Source: Ignavibacteriota bacterium (GTDB lineage Bacteria > Bacteroidota > Ignavibacteria > UBA10030 > UBA6906). From it: a stretch of DNA of 64,000 nucleotides. The notes beneath the pieces are model-generated. The model was not told where the DNA came from. It was given only the letters and a program-made list of their open reading frames with translations, and ran no database searches. Location of the stretch: the NCBI GenBank assembly GCA_963801355.1, contig CAWDEM010000008.1:1408001-1472000 (forward strand), given 5' to 3'. Every line of letters starts with the position of its first letter. Position 1 is the first letter of the stretch. Below are positions 29,663-38,720 of this stretch, one piece after another. The translations under genes and the position numbers were made by a program.

Positions 29663-32029
29663 TCAGGGCCGATCTGATAGTCCAATTCTCATCAACAGAG
29701 CCCCGTAGCGCGGATCGTCTTTCAGATTTGCCATATTCGGGTCGACTTTCAGAAAGAGGAAATTCGTGGAGCGTTCTTCGTAGGCCCGCTGGAGCCAGCG
29801 AAACGCATCGTCCTTCCTATTCAGGCGTGCGCATACTGATGCGATGTGGAATGAGGAGACGTACATCGTGCGCACACGAACTTCAAGGAGGCTGAGTTGC
29901 TCCGCCCAATACCCGTGCCAGCCTGACGACCTGTATGCAGACTGAAGTCGTGAAACAGGGTCTGCCATTGCTCTTCCCAGTGTCGCGAAGCTTCCTCCGG
30001 TCACGCTCGCGACGCGAAGATATTCCACCAGGGCTTCTTCATTCTTTCCCAGTATCTCGTATACTTCCCCGAGACCTGAGTGCGCGGGAGCGCAGAGCGA
30101 ATCAAGTTCGAGTGTTTTCTGAAACTGCGCAATCGCCCGGTCATACCTCTGTGCGTGGATATAAATCCACCCTGCCGACGCGGCAATGATGACGGACAAT
30201 GGGTCGAGCTCCTGGGCACGCTGCATCTCGCTGATTGCAGAATCGTGGCGTTCGAGAGCCGAGAGGAGGAGGGCATACCAGTGATGCCCGGTCGCATAGC
30301 TTGGATTCAACGCGAGGGCGTGCTTCAGGTCCTGCTCTGATCCAGACCAATCCCAGTCGTACACCAGGCGTGTTGCCGCAAGTGAGACGTAACCCTCGGC
30401 CATCCGGGGATCGAGCTCCAGCGCCTTCTGTGCAGCTGGTCTCCAGTACGTCTTGACGGAGTCGAACGGGGCCAAGCCGTTGTACCAGATGGTCGCGTAG
30501 ACATCGGCGATCCCGGCATAGGCTGGGGCATACGACGGGTCAATGTGCGCCGCAGTACGAAAGTACTCGAGGCTTTTCTGAAATCCCGCTGAGGTCCACT
30601 TGTTCCAATAGAACCGTCCGTACACGCATGCCTGGTACGCTTCGGGGTTCACAGGCTCTCTGTGCGCCAATTGGGCCTGTTCCTCGGGAGTGAGGACGAC
30701 TTTGATTTCATGCACAATCGCCTGCGCCACCCTACTCTGCAGGGCGTTGATGTCCTCCAACTCCTGCTTGTAGTTTTCTCCCCAGATTTGTTGCTCCGGA
30801 TTGGCGTTGATGAGGTTTACCGATACGCGAACACTCTTGCCCGACAGCTGGGTCGATCCATCGATGAGGGCATCGACGTTGAGCTCACGAGCGATTTCCG
30901 GCAGCGGTTTCTGTGAATTTTTGAACCGCATCGCTGAGCGCGATGAGCGCACCACCAACGCCCTGATCTTGGAGAGCTCTGTGCTCAGAGCCTCCGTCAT
31001 CCCTTCGGCGAACACCGTATCTTCAAGACGCGCGGATGTGTTTCTGAAGGGGAGAACGGCGAGCGAACGGACAGTTGCCTGCCGGTCTGGTTGACCCGTT
31101 AACACGAAAATCGTGACGGCAACGCCGCAGAGCGCTGCTGCGGCGCCTGCATAGAGAGGCCACCTGGTTCGGCGCTGGGCCGATCCGTAAGGGCGCACCG
31201 CTCCGACTGTCGAACTCCCGCCTGCGAGCGGCCGCATGTCCGCCATCAATTCTTCGACGCGTTGGTATCGCCGTGCGGGGTCTTTGGTGAGCGCCCGCGC
31301 AAGAACAGTGGTGAGCCCCCCGTGGATGTCCGGCCGGAGATTTTCGATCGGCTGAGGTTCCACTTCGAGAATGCTATAGAGAATTGCAGGATCATACTCT
31401 CCCCTGAACGGCTGCCGTCCTGAGAGCATCTCGTAGAGCACGGCGCCCAGTGCCCAGATGTCCGTCCGATGGTCCACCTCCATCCCGCGCAGCTGTTCCG
31501 GCGACATGTAGGCAAGCGTCCCCAGCGTGCTTCCCGCCTTTGTCAGCATCGATAACCCGCTGAGCTTTGCTAGCCCGAAATCCACGATCTTTGCAACCCC
31601 ATCGGGGGTGACCATGATATTCGCGGGTTTGATGTCGCGGTGGACGATCCCGTGCTCGTGCGCCTTGGCGAGACCTCGAGCTACCTGCACTGCGAGGTCG
31701 ATCGCCTCTTCGCTCTTCAGCGGGCCACGCCCGATCTTCTGCTTCAGCGTCTCGCCGTCATAGAACGCCATGACAATGAAAACCTGACCATCCTCTGTCT
31801 CCCCGATTTCATGGACGGTACAGATGTTCTGATGGTCGAGGGAAGATGCAGCCTTAGCCTCGTGGACGAACCGCTCCTTGGCTTCTGGATCGCAAGTGAG
31901 GTCCGGAGAAAGAAATTTGAGCGCGACCGGGCGGTCAAGCTTGAGGTCCTGGGCTTTGAAGACCACGCCCATACCCCCGCCGCCGAGGTGCTCGAGGATC
32001 TTGTAGTGGGAGACGACTTTGCCGATCAC
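29663..32029 (-). CDS. Hanks-type Ser/Thr protein kinase with TM, TolB-like and TPR domains
   Basis: GTG start; GGGGMGVV, VALK, HRDIKPAN, DFG, YMSPE; SLAVLPFRN; TPR repeats. Confidence 0.93.
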   Translation of the reverse strand: MIGKVVSHYKILEHLGGGGMGVVFKAQDLKLDRPVALKFLSPDLTCDPEAKERFVHEAKAASSLDHQNICTVHEIGETEDGQVFIVMAFYDGETLKQKIGRGPLKSEEAIDLAVQVARGLAKAHEHGIVHRDIKPANIMVTPDGVAKIVDFGLAKLSGLSMLTKAGSTLGTLAYMSPEQLRGMEVDHRTDIWALGAVLYEMLSGRQPFRGEYDPAILYSILEVEPQPIENLRPDIHGGLTTVLARALTKDPARRYQRVEELMADMRPLAGGSSTVGAVRPYGSAQRRTRWPLYAGAAAALCGVAVTIFVLTGQPDRQATVRSLAVLPFRNTSARLEDTVFAEGMTEALSTELSKIRALVVRSSRSAMRFKNSQKPLPEIARELNVDALIDGSTQLSGKSVRVSVNLINANPEQQIWGENYKQELEDINALQSRVAQAIVHEIKVVLTPEEQAQLAHREPVNPEAYQACVYGRFYWNKWTSAGFQKSLEYFRTAAHIDPSYAPAYAGIADVYATIWYNGLAPFDSVKTYWRPAAQKALELDPRMAEGYVSLAATRLVYDWDWSGSEQDLKHALALNPSYATGHHWYALLLSALERHDSAISEMQRAQELDPLSVIIAASAGWIYIHAQRYDRAIAQFQKTLELDSLCAPAHSGLGEVYEILGKNEEALVEYLRVASVTGGSFATLGRAMADPVSRLQSAYRSSGWHGYWAEQLSLLEVRVRTMYVSSFHIASVCARLNRKDDAFRWLQRAYEERSTNFLFLKVDPNMANLKDDPRYGALLMRIGLSDRP

Positions 32030-32139
32030 TGGAAACCTACACGAATGCGTATGATTCCTACGGCACGAAGAGCCAGCTGAACGGCGGTAAGATAGCGGAG
32101 AAGAGAGCCAGAGTCAACCTCCGTGGGCTCAGAGGAGTG

Positions 32140-32721
32140 TCACTTCCCCAGGGACCTCCTGAGGCGTTTCTCGGCGTCGTCGCTCCAGTACCCGCAATCC
32201 AGCTGGATGGAGACCGAGGTATACGGAAGCGTCAGCTTCGTTTTGAGCAGCAGGATCTTGAATGTCTTCCCCGCCTCGGCCAGCTTCGCGATGATCTTCT
32301 CGTGGAGAAGCGGGTTTGTGTTCAGACTCCCGAGCGCCTCTCCAAGCTGCTTTCGGTATTTGCTGATCCCCGGGGCGTCTTTCTCGGACAGGGCATTCAG
32401 CTCTCTGTCGACGTAGATAATCGGTCGGACGTGCTTTGATGCGACCAACTGATCGAGAACGCCCTTAAGGACAGTGATCGGTGGATCTTCGCACAAAATC
32501 GTCTCAATGCCCTGGCTGGTCTGGGCTGGATACGCCGCATCCACAACAACAATCCAGTTCCGGTGACCGTAGACTGGCAGCCTTTCGGCCAGCACATCCT
32601 TCCAACCTCCAGCTGATGCAGAATTCACGTTCATAAGGGTTGCTCCAAGAATGAAAAGTATCAAGCACCGGTGAATGGTGACTTGTCTCCTGATCCCGCT
32701 TGTCCGTCTGTGGCAGAGCAT
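32140..32721 (-). CDS. RbsD/FucU-like protein (possibly exported)
   Basis: GHRNWIVVVDAAYP, LLHE, LPYTSV; N-terminal signal-like segment ending SASA. Confidence 0.7.
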   Translation of the reverse strand: MLCHRRTSGIRRQVTIHRCLILFILGATLMNVNSASAGGWKDVLAERLPVYGHRNWIVVVDAAYPAQTSQGIETILCEDPPITVLKGVLDQLVASKHVRPIIYVDRELNALSEKDAPGISKYRKQLGEALGSLNTNPLLHEKIIAKLAEAGKTFKILLLKTKLTLPYTSVSIQLDCGYWSDDAEKRLRRSLGK

Positions 32722-32841
32722 GGAAGTCCCCTATCAGCCGAGTGAGGAGTTTTGGTGCGATTGATTTTGTGATGCGAATCTATGCTATACCGGCCTCGAA
32801 AGCAAGGGAGGCGATGAGAGTTCCCCCCTCCAGGTTCATAC

Positions 32842-33996
32842 CTACCACTGCACGGCCATGCGGACCATGGTTTCATAATTGCGCAGGGTCACCGGCGACA
32901 AGTTGCGACCATACGGGCCGGCGGACGGTAGCAGCACGAAGCCCCGGCCCTCACCCGCTGTGCCTTCGTCGAGCGCACGTTTCACGAGCTCCGAGAACTG
33001 GGATGTGGGCAACATCTCAATGTCGGCGATTTCCAGGTTGCCGAACAGCACAAGTTGCCGGCCATGGCGCTGCCGGACCTCACGCAATGCCATGTCGCCT
33101 TGAGGGGGCGGTTCAATCGGGTCCAGCGCATCCGCGCCCATGCCGGCGATCATGTCGAGGATGTTCTTCAACCGGCCGTGGCAGTGAATGCGTGCGTAAC
33201 CGCCGTGTGCATGGATTTCGCGGATCATGGGCTCAACGTAGCGGACAACATATTCTTCGAACAAGCGCGGCGGAAGGTAGGGTTCGGAGGCGTACTCCGG
33301 GCCGTAAATGCGCCAGAGCCTGCCGGGAAAGCGGCGGCTGACCTCGGCGGTGCGTGGCTGGATGCGACGAGCCATTTTCTCCAACAGCTGGTGGAACAAC
33401 ATCGGCTCGGTGAATGCCAGCACTGTGTAGTCTTCCATGGCGAACAAGGCCGCCGCCGCGCACAGGGGGTCTTCCGTGTCCACCATCACGATTCCCCGCT
33501 CCCCGAGCGCAGCTTCCTCAGCTTCGAGCGGCGCGGTATCGATGCGCTCCGCGAACACCTCGTCCGGGATCGAAAGATATGCTTCGACGTCGGCGGCGTT
33601 CCTGAGCAGAGGTTCTACAGTCCACACCGTGTTGACCTGCCGCTCGCGTTTCGTGACTTGTGTCAATGTCCGCCCGGCGACGGTCAACGTTGTCCGCGTG
33701 ACACGCGTCTCACCGTCGTCATGCGTTTTTTCTTGGAAGAACTCGTGCCAGCGGCCGCTCACCGCCGAACCGGTGGGGTCAATCGAGCGGTCCCGGACCG
33801 GACTCATCAAGCGGATGATATCCGTGTGTTCCTCCGCGAGCTCTATCAGCGGTGCCCAGTCGGGTGAGTTATAGATGTTGTAGGGATCAGGATCGAATCG
33901 GTCTATCAGGAACCCGCCGATCTCGTAGAAGCTCACCGGCGGCCGGTCAACCGGTTCGCCCCGTAACGTCGCCATTAATCGTTCGCGTCGTGTCAT
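32842..33996 (-). CDS. Uroporphyrinogen decarboxylase (URO-D/MtaA-like) family protein
   Basis: MTRRERLMATLRGEPVDRPP, IHCHG, DPIEPPPQGD, LFGNLE, GFVL. Confidence 0.82.
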   Translation of the reverse strand: MTRRERLMATLRGEPVDRPPVSFYEIGGFLIDRFDPDPYNIYNSPDWAPLIELAEEHTDIIRLMSPVRDRSIDPTGSAVSGRWHEFFQEKTHDDGETRVTRTTLTVAGRTLTQVTKRERQVNTVWTVEPLLRNAADVEAYLSIPDEVFAERIDTAPLEAEEAALGERGIVMVDTEDPLCAAAALFAMEDYTVLAFTEPMLFHQLLEKMARRIQPRTAEVSRRFPGRLWRIYGPEYASEPYLPPRLFEEYVVRYVEPMIREIHAHGGYARIHCHGRLKNILDMIAGMGADALDPIEPPPQGDMALREVRQRHGRQLVLFGNLEIADIEMLPTSQFSELVKRALDEGTAGEGRGFVLLPSAGPYGRNLSPVTLRNYETMVRMAVQW

Positions 33997-34133
33997 GACT
34001 CCACTGCCGCAAAATAGTGAATTCGACTCGCAATCGCCACTTTTGTCCTGTGCCGAGCACAGGGAAGAAATTCAGTAAATTTCACGAAACGCACGAACCC
34101 CCACCGTGGCTAGGCTGCAAATCGGTGGCCGCC

Positions 34134-34160
34134 TGGCAATTGCGCAAATACGGGATATTT
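34134..34160 (-). promoter_or_regulatory. Degenerate copy of ATCCCG-N6-CGGGAT motif with TTGCCA -35
   Basis: tggcaattgcgcaaatacgggatattt versus tggcaatcccgcaaacacgggatatt at 37613. Confidence 0.55.
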
Positions 34161-34222
34161 GCATTCGGTTAATGTCTTATGCATATTTGCTACGACATAG
34201 CACAATTACATAAGAGACTAGT

Positions 34223-35365
34223 ATGTATCTTCATCGAGAACTCGAATCGATTCTGGCCCGACATCTTCTACACTTCCCCGTCGTTGGCATTGCTGGCCCA
34301 CGGCAATCAGGCAAGTCCACAATGGTCATCCAGACTCTGGGCAAGAAGTATGAGTATATCACATTCGATGATTTTTCTACTTTGCAGATATTCCAGGAGG
34401 ATCCCGAGCGGTTTTTGCGCCTCCACCCGGGCCCTGTCATCTTTGACGAAATCCATCGTGTCCCCGATCTGTTCGTTCGCTTGAAGTTTCTTGTCGACCG
34501 GGATCGGCGGGCCAAAGGACGATTCGTCGTGACCGGCTCAAGCCAATTCGCGCTCATGAAACATGCATCGGATAGCCTTGCGGGCCGGATCGGGTTGCTT
34601 ACCCTGTTGCCATTTCAACACTCTGAGACTCCGGCTGCGCTTCGTCGGGACGCGATCTGGAAAGGGACCTATCCTGAGCTGATCGTCGAAAAGTATGCCC
34701 ACCGGGAAGACTGGTATTCGTCCTACCTTGAAACATACCTCATGCGGGATGTGCGCGATATGGGTGGCGTAGGCGATATCCGGGATTTCCGAAGGTGTCT
34801 CGTTCTCTTGGCCGGCAGAACAGGTCAGATCCTGAACATCTCCGAACTGGCGAGGGATTTGGGCGTGGCAGTCAATACGGTAAAACGATGGATCTCCGTT
34901 ATGGAAGCATCGTTTGTAGTGTATCTGCTCAAACCCTTCTATGCAAATATCGGCAAACGACTCGTGAAGAGTCCGAAACTGTACTTTGTAGACCCGGGTC
35001 TTGTCTCATTTCTCACTGGGATTCGTACAGAGAAGTTGTTCGAAGACGGACCGTTGGCCGGTGCTCTGTTCGAGAATTTTGTTATTTCGGAGGTTCTCAA
35101 ACGCGAGACGCACAGGGGCGAGCGGCCCGATCTTTCATTCATCAGAACGAGCAACGGAGTGGAAGTGGATCTGGTTATCGATCGGAACTCGTCACGGCAA
35201 TTCATTGAAGTGAAGAACACTGAGACATTTCGCCCTGATCTCCTGAAAGGGATCCGTTCACTCAAGGGGAAGGCTGACACGGGCCTGCTGGTGTATCGTG
35301 GGAAAAGTCTTGACTACGAGAAGGGTTTTGGCGTGATAAATTTCTCTGAATATCTCCTTGGATAG
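34223..35365 (+). CDS. AAA_14 ATPase with C-terminal DUF4143 (PD-(D/E)xK-like) domain
   Basis: GPRQSGKST, IFDEIH, TGSS, SLAGR, KSPKLYFVDPG, EVDLVI...IEVK. Confidence 0.9.
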   Translation: MYLHRELESILARHLLHFPVVGIAGPRQSGKSTMVIQTLGKKYEYITFDDFSTLQIFQEDPERFLRLHPGPVIFDEIHRVPDLFVRLKFLVDRDRRAKGRFVVTGSSQFALMKHASDSLAGRIGLLTLLPFQHSETPAALRRDAIWKGTYPELIVEKYAHREDWYSSYLETYLMRDVRDMGGVGDIRDFRRCLVLLAGRTGQILNISELARDLGVAVNTVKRWISVMEASFVVYLLKPFYANIGKRLVKSPKLYFVDPGLVSFLTGIRTEKLFEDGPLAGALFENFVISEVLKRETHRGERPDLSFIRTSNGVEVDLVIDRNSSRQFIEVKNTETFRPDLLKGIRSLKGKADTGLLVYRGKSLDYEKGFGVINFSEYLLG

Positions 35366-35428
35366 GATGACAAAGCCAGCCCTGCGCACAGGCCGCCATC
35401 GTCTGTTCGCGTCGTATCATTGTGATAC

Positions 35429-37525
35429 TTATTTCAGGAGGAGCATTCTCTTCGACTCGACATTTTTCCCCGCAGTCAACCGGTAAATGTAGACACCAGT
35501 AGAGTGTGCTGTACCGTCAAACTTCACGTCGTAGGCCCCCGGGGCGGTCCTTTCATCAAACAGCACCGCCACCTCGCGTCCAAGCAGATCATAGACGGCG
35601 AGCCTGACCCAATCGGACCCTGGATCCCGGCCCCCACTCCCGGTCTCTCCGGCCGGAACCCTGAACCCGATCGTTGTCCCTGGATTGAACGGGTTGGGAA
35701 AATTCTGCGCTAGTGCAAAATGCGAAGGGATATCCTCTGGGGACGGTTTTACCGAAGTCAATTCCGAAAGCGGTCGCCTCCAAACGCCACCGCGAAACGT
35801 GCCCGCAAAGAGATTCCCACCCAGAATGGCAAGTGTGTTCACCGTAGTCTTTGTCAGGCCGGTGTTGACTTGCATCCAGTTCGTGCCTCCGTTCGTGGAA
35901 CGACACACACCCAGGGTCCCGGTCCCGGCAAAGAGACTCGTGCCGGAAACCGCGAGTGAGTAAACACGCGTATTGACCACTCCGGTATTGGCTGCAGTCC
36001 AAATCGTGCCGTTGTTGGTGGTAACATAAACGCCGTCGTACGTCCCGGCGTAGAGACTCGTTCCCGAAACCACAAGCGACCGGACAGCATGGTTGGCCAG
36101 GCCGGTGTTGACTGCAGCCCAGCTTGAGCCGTTGTCGGTGGATAGAAAAACGCCGCCGCCAGTGGTCCCGGCAAAGAGATTCGTGCCCGATACCGCGAGG
36201 GACCGAACTGACGCATCTGGCATACCGGTCTTGATTGCAGTCCAATTTGTGCCGTTGTTGGTCGAGAGAAAAACGCCCCCCGGGTATGTTCCGGCAAAGA
36301 GGTTCGTGCCCGATACCATCAGGGCATAGACACTGGTATTTGTCAATCCGGTGTTGACATCAGTCCAGCTGACACCGTTGTCAGTTGTAAGAAATACCCC
36401 GTTGTATGTCGCGGCAAAGACATTCGAGCCCGAAACAGCGAGCGACAAGACATCAAGGTTTTGCAGGGTGCGGCTCCGTTGAGTCCAGCTTGCGCCATTG
36501 TCCGTGGAAAGAAAGTCGCCGGTAAACGTTCCTGCAAAGAGGTTCGTGCCCGAAACGGCCAGTGCATAGACATCTATGACTGCAAGGCCGGCATTAGCGG
36601 CAGTCCAGTTTGCTCCGCTATTGGTCGAAAGAAAAACCCCGTTGCCACGTGTCCCGGCAAAGAGATTTGAACCTGAAACGGCAACCGGATATACATCAAT
36701 GTTGGTCATTCCGGTCCTGACCGCGCTCCAGCTAGTGCCACTGTCGGTGGAAAGCAAAACACCCCTGTTGCTCCCGGCCAGGATGCCTCCGGCAAAGAAG
36801 GCGAAGGATCGAACATAAGCAGTTGGATATCCGGTCGCCGCAGTCCAGCTTGTGCCCCCATTGGTGGAAAGAAAAATGCCGCCGCCAAAGGTCCCGGCGA
36901 AGAGATTTTCTCCCGAAACTGCAAGTGACCGGACGGAAACATTTGTCAAGCCGGAATTAACCGACGACCAGCTTGTGCCGCTGTTGGTCGAGAGAAAAAC
37001 GCCCCCGGCGAACGTTCCGGCAAAGAGATTCGTGCCCGAAACGGCAATCGACCAAACAGCACTGTCAGTCATGCCCGTGTTGACTGCAGCCCAGCTTGAG
37101 CCGTTGTCGGTGGTAAGGAAGACGCCGCCACCGCCAGTTCCCGCAAAGAGCTTAGTGCCCATCACAGCAATTGAAAGGACATCAGTATTTGTCAGGCCGG
37201 CGCTGACCGAAGTCCAGCTCGCACCGCTGTTGGTAGAGCGACAAAGGCCGCCCGCAAGCCCGGAATAGAGAATTGAGCCCGAAGCCGCGAGCGTCTGAAC
37301 GGCAAGATTGGTCAGGCCGGCATTGACTGCAGTCCAGCTCGCGCCGTTGTCGGTGGAAAGAAAGACGCCACCACCGTCGGTTCCGGTGAACAGATTCGCG
37401 CCCGAGACCACAAGCGCCTCAACATAGCCTCCTTCCGGGCCCCCTGTTTGCACCCACTGGGCTCTGGTCACTGCGCTAGAGAGCAGTGCGATGACAAGCA
37501 GGCAAGAAAGACGAATGTTTCTCAT
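35429..37525 (-). CDS. T9SS-secreted beta-propeller protein with 13 Asp-box repeats
   Basis: GGAGG RBS, signal peptide, 13 x [ST]T[DN]xGxxW in ~43-aa units, QNFPNPFNP CTD. Confidence 0.88.
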   Translation of the reverse strand: MRNIRLSCLLVIALLSSAVTRAQWVQTGGPEGGYVEALVVSGANLFTGTDGGGVFLSTDNGASWTAVNAGLTNLAVQTLAASGSILYSGLAGGLCRSTNSGASWTSVSAGLTNTDVLSIAVMGTKLFAGTGGGGVFLTTDNGSSWAAVNTGMTDSAVWSIAVSGTNLFAGTFAGGVFLSTNSGTSWSSVNSGLTNVSVRSLAVSGENLFAGTFGGGIFLSTNGGTSWTAATGYPTAYVRSFAFFAGGILAGSNRGVLLSTDSGTSWSAVRTGMTNIDVYPVAVSGSNLFAGTRGNGVFLSTNSGANWTAANAGLAVIDVYALAVSGTNLFAGTFTGDFLSTDNGASWTQRSRTLQNLDVLSLAVSGSNVFAATYNGVFLTTDNGVSWTDVNTGLTNTSVYALMVSGTNLFAGTYPGGVFLSTNNGTNWTAIKTGMPDASVRSLAVSGTNLFAGTTGGGVFLSTDNGSSWAAVNTGLANHAVRSLVVSGTSLYAGTYDGVYVTTNNGTIWTAANTGVVNTRVYSLAVSGTSLFAGTGTLGVCRSTNGGTNWMQVNTGLTKTTVNTLAILGGNLFAGTFRGGVWRRPLSELTSVKPSPEDIPSHFALAQNFPNPFNPGTTIGFRVPAGETGSGGRDPGSDWVRLAVYDLLGREVAVLFDERTAPGAYDVKFDGTAHSTGVYIYRLTAGKNVESKRMLLLK

Positions 37526-37589
37526 GAGGCACCTCCTTCCATGTGCGAGTTGGCAAGGGTAAATCACCCGGCCGGCAGACCATGATGCC

Positions 37590-37635
37590 AAGCTACGCAA
37601 TGGGGAATCCTCTGGCAATCCCGCAAACACGGGAT
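37590..37635 (-). promoter_or_regulatory. Promoter with adjacent ATCCCG-N6-CGGGAT palindrome
   Basis: Minus strand TTGCCA-17-TAGCTT; palindrome 37618-37635. Confidence 0.62.
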
Positions 37636-37641
37636 ATTCGG

Positions 37642-38646
37642 TTATTCCTCCGTATCGGCGGCATACACCAATGCGATCTCTTTCCTTATTCTATCCATCA
37701 GTCTGATTAGCCGGAGACTGAACGTCAGCGGCAGTAGGCTGCTTTCCTTCTTTCCAGATCGCAGACACCTGATGACTTCCTCTGCCTCATAGTTGTAGCC
37801 ATTGCCAACGGCATGAGGGTCTATGGTCCGAGTGTCTCCTTCGCCCTTTGCCAGTTCGAGTGTTACTGGAGAGAACCACCACCGGTTGAGTTTGAGTCTC
37901 CCCCTTGTACCGCAGATGTGCGTTTCGACTGTAGAGTTGACCGTGAAACTCGAGAAGAGGGTGGCAATTCTGCCGTCATTGTACTTCAGGGTCAGTGCCA
38001 GACTTTCATCTACATCTGTTGAACCGATGTCGGGAACAGCACTAATCAGATCGGGCTCTCCCCACAGCAGAAGTGTGAGGAAGAGCGGGTAGATGCCAAG
38101 ATCCAAAAGGGAACCCCCACCGAGTTCTTTGTTGAATGCCCGGTGGCGTGGATCAAAAGTCCTCTTTATGCCAAAGTCGGACTGAATATGCCGCACATCT
38201 CCCAGTTCTCCCGAGGCGATCAATTCCAGTGTCTTCACAATTGACGGGAGGAAGCGAGTCCAGAGGGCTTCCATAAGAAAGACGCCTTTCTCCCGTGCCT
38301 TCGAAATCATCCGGAGCACTTCCTTTTCGTTCATGGCGAACGGTTTCTCACACAGGACAGCCTTGCCACGCTCCAGGCACATCAGCGTGTTCTCGCAGTG
38401 GTAGGGATGCGGTGTGGCGACGTAGATGACATCGATATCGGGATCCCGGGCGATTTCTTCGTACGTTCCGTATGCGGTTTCGATGCGGTGCTTGAGGGCA
38501 AACTCCCGTGCGCGCTTGATGCTCCTCGATGCAATTGCCTTGATCTCGGCGTCGGGGAGCACCGAGATCCCTTCCACCATCTTCCCGGCAATCATTCCAG
38601 TGCCGATGATCCCCCAGTTAATTGGCTTGTTCTCAGCTTTTGACAT
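37642..38646 (-). CDS. Gfo/Idh/MocA family oxidoreductase
   Basis: WGIIGTGMIA, IYVATPHPYH, VLCEKP, GGGSLLDLGIY. Confidence 0.92.
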   Translation of the reverse strand: MSKAENKPINWGIIGTGMIAGKMVEGISVLPDAEIKAIASRSIKRAREFALKHRIETAYGTYEEIARDPDIDVIYVATPHPYHCENTLMCLERGKAVLCEKPFAMNEKEVLRMISKAREKGVFLMEALWTRFLPSIVKTLELIASGELGDVRHIQSDFGIKRTFDPRHRAFNKELGGGSLLDLGIYPLFLTLLLWGEPDLISAVPDIGSTDVDESLALTLKYNDGRIATLFSSFTVNSTVETHICGTRGRLKLNRWWFSPVTLELAKGEGDTRTIDPHAVGNGYNYEAEEVIRCLRSGKKESSLLPLTFSLRLIRLMDRIRKEIALVYAADTEE

Positions 38647-38720
38647 TTTTCAGAACCTGTGCAATGTGACATCCGCGTGCAATATGCCGAATTCAGTTGG
38701 AAATTGGATACCTTTGAGCG

